From a virus, in IMG/VR virus record IMGVR_UViG_3300010224_000017: a DNA stretch of 45,213 bases; one strand, written 5' to 3'. Below the pieces are notes generated by a model. That model ran no database searches and was not told the DNA's origin. It saw nothing but the letters and a program-made list of their open reading frames with translations. Of the stretch, positions 40,536 to 45,213 are shown piece by piece. The position numbers were made by a program, and so were the translations under genes. The number at the start of each line of letters is the position of its first letter. Position 1 is the first letter of the stretch.

Positions 40536-41401
40536 GCCCCCTTTCGCCGAGCGCGGTCGAACAGAGGCACCGGGACGCGGCTGACGCGTGGATGCGTGAG
40601 CGGTTCTTCGCGTGCGATCAGGCTGATTACGAAGCTCTCGCCAAAGCCTTCGCCCGTTTCGAGCGCGACCACATGGCCGCCCCATCCCCCAATCCAGAGG
40701 GATTGGAGAAGCGGGCGCGGGAAGAAGGCGGCGACGAAGGCTTTTATGCGAAGCCCGAGCATGGCTGGACCTGTTTTCACTGCGGGGAGACCTTTGCGAC
40801 GGTCGGAGCGGCGCGCGACCATTTCGGCTTTGAGCCAAGCAGTGACCCCGCTTGTCGAATTAAGGTCGGTGCTGAACGCGGACTGATCATGGCCCTACGC
40901 AAGGCTGAGAAGGAGCTCGCTGATTACGTCCACCTGCTGCACGACGAGAACTTGGAGGCGTACCGGCTACTGGCCAGCGCGCGATCGCAGCATGGCGATC
41001 AACTCCAGACGGCCGAGGAACTAGGATACGAGCGCGGCCTAGCGGACGGGAGGGCCGAAGCCGCCGCTCTCTCTGTTCCCGAAGTGGCCCAGGGGGAGGC
41101 GGATGCGCTGATCGTCGGCCTTCGCGAGCGGATCGCGGGCGTGGTCGAATTTCAGGGGCACGGCTTCTGGACGACTTGTTCCGGCTGCTACGAGAGCGAG
41201 GACGGGTACCCGAACGGCTATTACCCGCACAGTGAAGTGCTTGGCTGCACGCTTGGCGCCGGGTGTAGCGAATGCGGCGGCATCGGAGCGGTGTGGGACG
41301 ACATCGACTATGATGAAATGGCCCGCGAAATGTTGGCCGAAGATCGCGAGGCCGCAGCCATACGCTCCCTGGGCTCTAATCGTGGCGGGGAGGGGAAATG
41401 A
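40532..41401 (+). CDS. Hypothetical zinc-binding-like protein (289 aa)
   Basis: CFHCGETFATVGAARDHF (C2H2-like) and CSGC...C...CSEC clusters. Confidence 0.55.
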   Translation: MSPLSPSAVEQRHRDAADAWMRERFFACDQADYEALAKAFARFERDHMAAPSPNPEGLEKRAREEGGDEGFYAKPEHGWTCFHCGETFATVGAARDHFGFEPSSDPACRIKVGAERGLIMALRKAEKELADYVHLLHDENLEAYRLLASARSQHGDQLQTAEELGYERGLADGRAEAAALSVPEVAQGEADALIVGLRERIAGVVEFQGHGFWTTCSGCYESEDGYPNGYYPHSEVLGCTLGAGCSECGGIGAVWDDIDYDEMAREMLAEDREAAAIRSLGSNRGGEGK

Positions 41402-41634
41402 CAAACCTCGATGGAGTTGTGTCCGGCCTGACGGATGCACAGCGGCGCCTTCTGCTCGATGGCAAAGAGGGCTGGGACTTGGACCGCCGTGTCGCCCGAG
41501 CGCTTTGCGGGAAGGGCCTCATGGGCGTGGCTGGCTACGTGCTTGGTGAGACCGTCTACGCCCGCACCCACGAAGGCGAAGCGGTGCGTGAAATCCTACT
41601 CTCTTCCAAGGACCCCCACCATGTCCAACGATAG
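41398..41634 (+). CDS. Hypothetical protein (78 aa)
   Basis: ATGA overlap. Confidence 0.5.
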   Translation: MTNLDGVVSGLTDAQRRLLLDGKEGWDLDRRVARALCGKGLMGVAGYVLGETVYARTHEGEAVREILLSSKDPHHVQR

Positions 41635-41911
41635 CCAGGGAATACGGAGCGTGCCGTGGCAGCCGACAGAAGCGATGTGGGGCGGTCTCGCGCGTCAGAT
41701 CATGATGTGGCTGGACTTCGGTGACAAGCGCACCCCGCGCAGCCTGTTCCGCCATCTCGAAATGAGCGGCATGCCGATCCCGCAATGGCTCCGCGACGAG
41801 CCGGAAATGCAGGCGCTCGACCATGTGCCGAGCAAGGGCACCCGGTGCGCCATCATCTACAAGGCGATGCTTGAAGCTGCCCCATCCCAGGATCTTCCCA
41901 ATGGCCGATAG
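41621..41911 (+). CDS. Hypothetical protein (96 aa)
   Basis: Start trimmed to ATG 41621. Confidence 0.45.
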   Translation: MSNDSQGIRSVPWQPTEAMWGGLARQIMMWLDFGDKRTPRSLFRHLEMSGMPIPQWLRDEPEMQALDHVPSKGTRCAIIYKAMLEAAPSQDLPNGR

Positions 41912-42257
41912 AGTGGAATTGGCGATAGCCGAAGTGCTGAACCGCGCGGCAGACTTGATCAAGGCGCCGGGCGCTTGGACGCAGGGCACTTACGCCCGCG
42001 GGAAATCCGGAAAGCCCGTCGAAACCCGGCGCTCAGCGGTATGCTTCTGCCTGATCGGCGCCATAGACTATGTCGAAGGTTACGAACCTGGGCTCGAAGG
42101 TAATGTGCGGGCCCTTGATGCTGTCCGCGATGTGATACCGGATGATAAGTCGATCGCGGAATTCAATGACACCCCGGGGCGCACCCAAGCTGAGGCTGTC
42201 GCCACCTTGCGCGCCGCCGCCCTCCGCTCCCAAACGGTGGAGGATAGCCGTGGGTGA
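41901..42257 (+). CDS. Hypothetical protein (118 aa; DUF6197-like pattern WTQG..AR...C..GA)
   Basis: Start trimmed to ATG 41901. Confidence 0.5.
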   Translation: MADRVELAIAEVLNRAADLIKAPGAWTQGTYARGKSGKPVETRRSAVCFCLIGAIDYVEGYEPGLEGNVRALDAVRDVIPDDKSIAEFNDTPGRTQAEAVATLRAAALRSQTVEDSRG

Positions 42258-42258
42258 T

Positions 42259-42669
42259 ATGGACCTGGAAGGGCTGAAAAAGCTGCTGGCGGAGGCGACG
42301 CCGGGGCCTTGGGTTGGCGTGCCTGCCGACGATTACGCGATCGAGGCGGCGGCTTACCCGCCGGACTATCCTGGCCGCTTTCCTGAGGACGATACAGGCT
42401 TCTACCTCGCTATATTCGGCAACCATCCTGCCGACTATGGTGAGGCGAACCGGGACCTCGCTGTCGCCGCCGTCAACGCTCTCCCCGCCCTAATCGAGCG
42501 CGTAGAAAGGCTGGAAGACCTGCTTGGCCAGTTTGTCAGCGAGCTTACCGATTACGGCCGCAATCCGGACCGTATGCTGCACATCGACCACGACGCACTT
42601 AGCGAACTGGTCAAGCAGTCCCGCTCCGTCCTTTCCTCCACCTCTAGTCCTGACAATGGGGGTGCCTGA
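42259..42669 (+). CDS. Ead/Ea22-like protein
   Basis: LLAEATPGPW signature near the N-terminus. Positioned upstream of xis/int, as in lambda. Confidence 0.6.
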   Translation: MDLEGLKKLLAEATPGPWVGVPADDYAIEAAAYPPDYPGRFPEDDTGFYLAIFGNHPADYGEANRDLAVAAVNALPALIERVERLEDLLGQFVSELTDYGRNPDRMLHIDHDALSELVKQSRSVLSSTSSPDNGGA

Positions 42670-42671
42670 CC

Positions 42672-43034
42672 ATGGGTGAGCTTAGCTGCCCCAAGTGTAG
42701 CGAAATGCTGCACGTCGATGTCGCGGCCGCAGTCGGCAAGGATCAGAAGTTTAGCTATCGGGTCTACCCCGAAAGCAAAGGCATGATGCAGGCGAAGGTC
42801 ATAGGCGGCCAGTTGGTCGCTATGGACGACCTTATGCGCGCCGTCGCCCGCCAAGACGGCGGCAAGGTGCGGACCTACATCGAAAAGATCACGACGCACG
42901 ACGATGGATCGATCGAGTTCTTCCTCGTGGTCCTGTCTGTCGTCGCATGGGACGGAGGCAAGGGGAAGTTTGTCCCAAAGCGCATGCCTGCCAACCCGCC
43001 GTGCGATGCCCGCACTGACAATGGGGAGGGGTGA
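42672..43034 (+). CDS. Hypothetical protein (120 aa)
   Basis: ORF with a CPKC motif. Confidence 0.5.
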   Translation: MGELSCPKCSEMLHVDVAAAVGKDQKFSYRVYPESKGMMQAKVIGGQLVAMDDLMRAVARQDGGKVRTYIEKITTHDDGSIEFFLVVLSVVAWDGGKGKFVPKRMPANPPCDARTDNGEG

Positions 43035-43231
43035 TTATGGGCAAGGCAACCGACCAGGCGATACGCGACCTATTGGCGCTGCGGCTCAAGGCGACGGCGA
43101 CGCTGCACACGCAGGCAGCGGCCGTGCTTAACGATCCGGGGCAAGCCGCTCTGCGCAAGATCTTTCTCGATGCCGCCAGTGTCATGGTCGAGGCGGCCAA
43201 CGAACTCACGAAGGAGAAACCCGGTGCATAG
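43031..43231 (+). CDS. Hypothetical helical protein (66 aa)
   Basis: GTGA overlap with the upstream gene. Confidence 0.45.
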   Translation: MIMGKATDQAIRDLLALRLKATATLHTQAAAVLNDPGQAALRKIFLDAASVMVEAANELTKEKPGA

Positions 43232-43526
43232 CCTACCCGCGCCGCCGTTCACCGTGGAGACGCTTGCCGAGCGCTGGGGCTGCTCTGCCGGCGCCATCCG
43301 CAATCGGATCCGCAACGGCGAAATCCAGTGCTTCCGGATCGGCACGCTGATCCGCATCCCCGCCAACGAGGTCGAGAAGATCGAATGTCCGAATATAGTG
43401 TCCAGCGCTTCCGAGGCGGCTTCGCAATCGTCTGGTATGATGAGAGCGGCACCCGCCGCCGGCAGAAACTTGCCGCGAGCGATCGGGCAGGAGCGGAGGC
43501 GGAAGCACGCCAATCCTGGCGGCTAG
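43224..43526 (+). CDS. xis: Excisionase / AlpA-type HTH protein
   Basis: GTG 43224 with AAGGAGA 6 nt upstream. FTVETLAERWGCSAGAIRNRIRNGEIQCFRIGTLIRIPANEVEKIE. The ORF tail overlaps int by 142 nt. Confidence 0.65.
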   Translation: MHSLPAPPFTVETLAERWGCSAGAIRNRIRNGEIQCFRIGTLIRIPANEVEKIECPNIVSSASEAASQSSGMMRAAPAAGRNLPRAIGQERRRKHANPGG

Positions 43527-44362
43527 GCGACACGTCACAGAAGACGTGCGGCTCAATCGTCACCGCCTACCACGCTGACCGCGAGGCGAATGGGATTCCG
43601 AGCCTCCAGCGCATGAAGGACGCTTGGAAGGCGATGCGCCCCTTCTGGGAAGGCGTCGCGCCCGAGGCGATCGACGAGGAGATGGCGAAGGCCTACGCTG
43701 CGCAGCGGCGCGCGGGCGATGCCACGATCCGCTACGAGCTTACGCACCTGGCGGTGGCGCTGCGTTGGGCTGACGCCAAGAAAATCATCGATCGCGCGCC
43801 GGTCATCTGGCGTCCCGCCGCGCCGGAGCGGCAAGAGCGACACCTTTCGCGCGACGACTTCAAGAAGCTGCTTGGCGGCACGGTAGCGCCGCACGCGCGG
43901 CTCTACATGCTACTCGGAATCTTCACTGCGGCGCGGCCGAGCGCGATCCTTGATCTAACATGGGATAGGATCGACTTCGAGCGGGGCACGGTCAACCTGA
44001 ACCCTCCTGGGCGCAAGCAGACTGCGAAGCGCCGGCCGGTGGTCGCATTGAACGACCAGGCCATCGAGGCTCTGAAGCTGGCCTATGAGGCGCGGCAATG
44101 CGCCTACGTCATCGAGCGCGGCGCCAAGAAGGTCGCGAACATCAAAAAGGCCTTCCAAGCCGCCAGCGAGCGCAGCGGGGTCCGCGCGACTCCATACACC
44201 CTTCGCCACACCGCCGCGGTGTGGATGGCGGAGGCTGGCGTCCCGATGTCACAGATCGCGCAGTTCATGGGGCACGACGACAGCGCGACCACGGAAAAGC
44301 ACTACGCCCGGTATAGCCCGGGCTTCCTCAAAGGGGCGGCGAATGCGTTGCGGATCGAATAG
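43385..44362 (+). CDS. int: Tyrosine integrase
   Basis: AARPSAILDLTWDRIDF, YTLRHTAAVWMAEAGVPMSQIAQFMGH and TTEKHYARY (R...HxxR...Y catalytic pattern). It lies next to attP. Confidence 0.9.
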   Translation: MSEYSVQRFRGGFAIVWYDESGTRRRQKLAASDRAGAEAEARQSWRLGDTSQKTCGSIVTAYHADREANGIPSLQRMKDAWKAMRPFWEGVAPEAIDEEMAKAYAAQRRAGDATIRYELTHLAVALRWADAKKIIDRAPVIWRPAAPERQERHLSRDDFKKLLGGTVAPHARLYMLLGIFTAARPSAILDLTWDRIDFERGTVNLNPPGRKQTAKRRPVVALNDQAIEALKLAYEARQCAYVIERGAKKVANIKKAFQAASERSGVRATPYTLRHTAAVWMAEAGVPMSQIAQFMGHDDSATTEKHYARYSPGFLKGAANALRIE

Positions 44363-44414
44363 AGGTAGGTTCTGGCGAACCTCGCGGCTCTGTCTAAATG
44401 GACCCTTGCCGCTA

Positions 44415-44460
44415 TGGTCGGGGAGAGAGGATTCGAACCTCCGGCCCCTGCCTCCCGAAG
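44415..44460 (-). other. attP core: 3' half of a tRNA-Pro(CGG) gene, from the anticodon loop to CCA (not a complete tRNA)
   Basis: Minus sense: (C)TTCGGGA-GGCAG-GGGCC-GGAGG-TTCGAAT-CCTCT-CTCCCCG-A-CCA. The sequence 5' of the loop (ACGTC) cannot pair with GGCAG, so the tRNA similarity stops there. Confidence 0.8.
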
Positions 44461-44697
44461 ACGTTTCTCGTAGGCTCATAGAAGGGCACAGGAGCAGAAA
44501 ACGGCGCAACACAGAGGCATATAATGCCGTCTGTTCCCGTTTCGTGCGCAAAATCGGTTCAAGCCGTGCCTTGGGCCCCTGTCCACGCGAGCACAGGATT
44601 TTAAGTCCGCTAACTTTCCAATCTTTTCAAAGGCCGTTGTCGTCCTTCGGCTGTTTGTTCTCCTCTCGCCCCCCTTCGGGGGCAGGGGATTGTCGGA

Positions 44698-45168
44698 ATG
44701 GCGGGATCGTTGGGAGTGCGGCCGATGCTGCACTTTGAGCGCGCCACTTCGGACCCCTTATTCCGGGGCAATTTCTCGATCGTGCAACGCGGCGGGCGAT
44801 GGGTTCTACGCCAGCTTGGCCAGCCGGATCGGCCAATAGAGGGCAGCGAGGCGCAGGCGCTCGAAGTGCTGGAAACGGCTCATCAAACGTTCTTGGCCCT
44901 GTCGACCTGCCGGGTCTATTTCATCGGCGAGGCGGCTGCGCTTGGGCTTCCGGTCAAGATCGGGTTCACCGGCCAACTCGACAAGCGCCTGCGCCAGTTG
45001 CGCGCACACAGTCCGTACCGCCTGCATGTCCTGGCAGCGACGCCCGGGGATCAGGATGACGAATGGGACTATCACCAGAGGTTCGCCTCGGAACGCATCC
45101 ATGGCGAGTGGTTCATCGCGAACGAGGCGATCCTTGCCGAAATCGAAGCGCTGCGAGCCGCCGCATGA
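44698..45168 (+). CDS. T5orf172/MUG113-type GIY-YIG-superfamily domain protein
   Basis: RVYFIGE...PVKIGFTGQLDKRLRQL...DYHQRFASERIHGEWF matches the T5orf172 pattern. The stop lies within the terminal repeat. Confidence 0.7.
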   Translation: MAGSLGVRPMLHFERATSDPLFRGNFSIVQRGGRWVLRQLGQPDRPIEGSEAQALEVLETAHQTFLALSTCRVYFIGEAAALGLPVKIGFTGQLDKRLRQLRAHSPYRLHVLAATPGDQDDEWDYHQRFASERIHGEWFIANEAILAEIEALRAAA

Positions 45169-45213
45169 CCGCGCCCCCCTGCACCCCGCTGATAAGCCGT
45201 CCCTGTAGTTCCG
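45160..45213 (+). repeat. Terminal exact duplicate of 1..54
   Basis: Identical 54-mer gccgcatgaccgcgcccccctgcaccccgctgataagccgtccctgtagttccg. Confidence 0.95.

Larger units (their letters stand above)
1..45213. mobile_element. Complete temperate tailed-phage genome with lambda-like synteny, circularly closed; unique length 45159 bp
   Basis: int, xis and attP, a CI/Cro-like switch, Nu1/GpA-type terminase, and portal, capsid, tail and lysis modules are all present. Nt 1..54 are identical to 45160..45213. Confidence 0.85.

Noticed and set aside
44415-44490. A complete tRNA gene on the minus strand.
   Set aside because: Only the anticodon loop through the CCA end is tRNA-like. Upstream sequence cannot form the anticodon stem, D-arm or acceptor stem.
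44486-44598. GCACAGGA occurs twice (44486..44493 and 44591..44598) beside attP, as possible integrase arm-type sites. A GC hairpin lies at 44668..44683.
   Set aside because: An 8-mer repeated once within about 100 nt is not statistically compelling, and the hairpin lacks a U-tract. Footprinting data would be needed.

Overview
The window is a complete, circularly closed temperate tailed-phage genome. The first 54 nt are identical to the last 54 nt, so the unique length is 45159 bp. It is visibly GC-rich; I did not compute the value. Gene order is strikingly lambda-like. A CI-like S24 repressor (34244..34978, +) is flanked by two sets of a 16-bp palindromic operator. A Cro-side transcription unit runs leftward on the minus strand from 34162 to 2588. 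Its order is: early regulators; a DnaA-domain-IV, methyltransferase and GapR-like cluster; a wHTH replication gene with internal iterons; a NusG/RfaH-like paralog in the slot where lambda has Q; a five-gene orphan fibre-like module; Nu1/GpA-like terminase; gpW; a lambda-type portal; a ClpP-protease/scaffold/capsid fusion; a decoration protein; FII, Z, U and V analogues; a G/GT chaperone with a G_GGA_AAC slippery site; tape measure; M, L, K and J analogues; a secreted protein; an SGNH esterase; small membrane ORFs; a lysis cassette; and a GH-A-like hydrolase. A PL-like rightward unit (35059..44362, +) carries about 20 small orphan genes, a DHH/DHHA1 phosphoesterase, an Ea22-like gene, xis and int. 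It ends at an attP core that equals the 3' half of a tRNA-Pro(CGG) gene. Across the circular junction lies a b-region-like accessory block: a T5orf172/GIY-YIG-fold gene, an N6-adenine methyltransferase and six small ORFs. The host is probably an alphaproteobacterium, because GapR/DUF2312 is alpha-restricted; that is an inference only. Neighbouring genes very often overlap by ATGA or TGATG, which I used to choose start codons. All family calls come from motif recognition by eye, not from searches. I saw no rRNA, complete tRNA, CRISPR array, transposase or reverse transcriptase.
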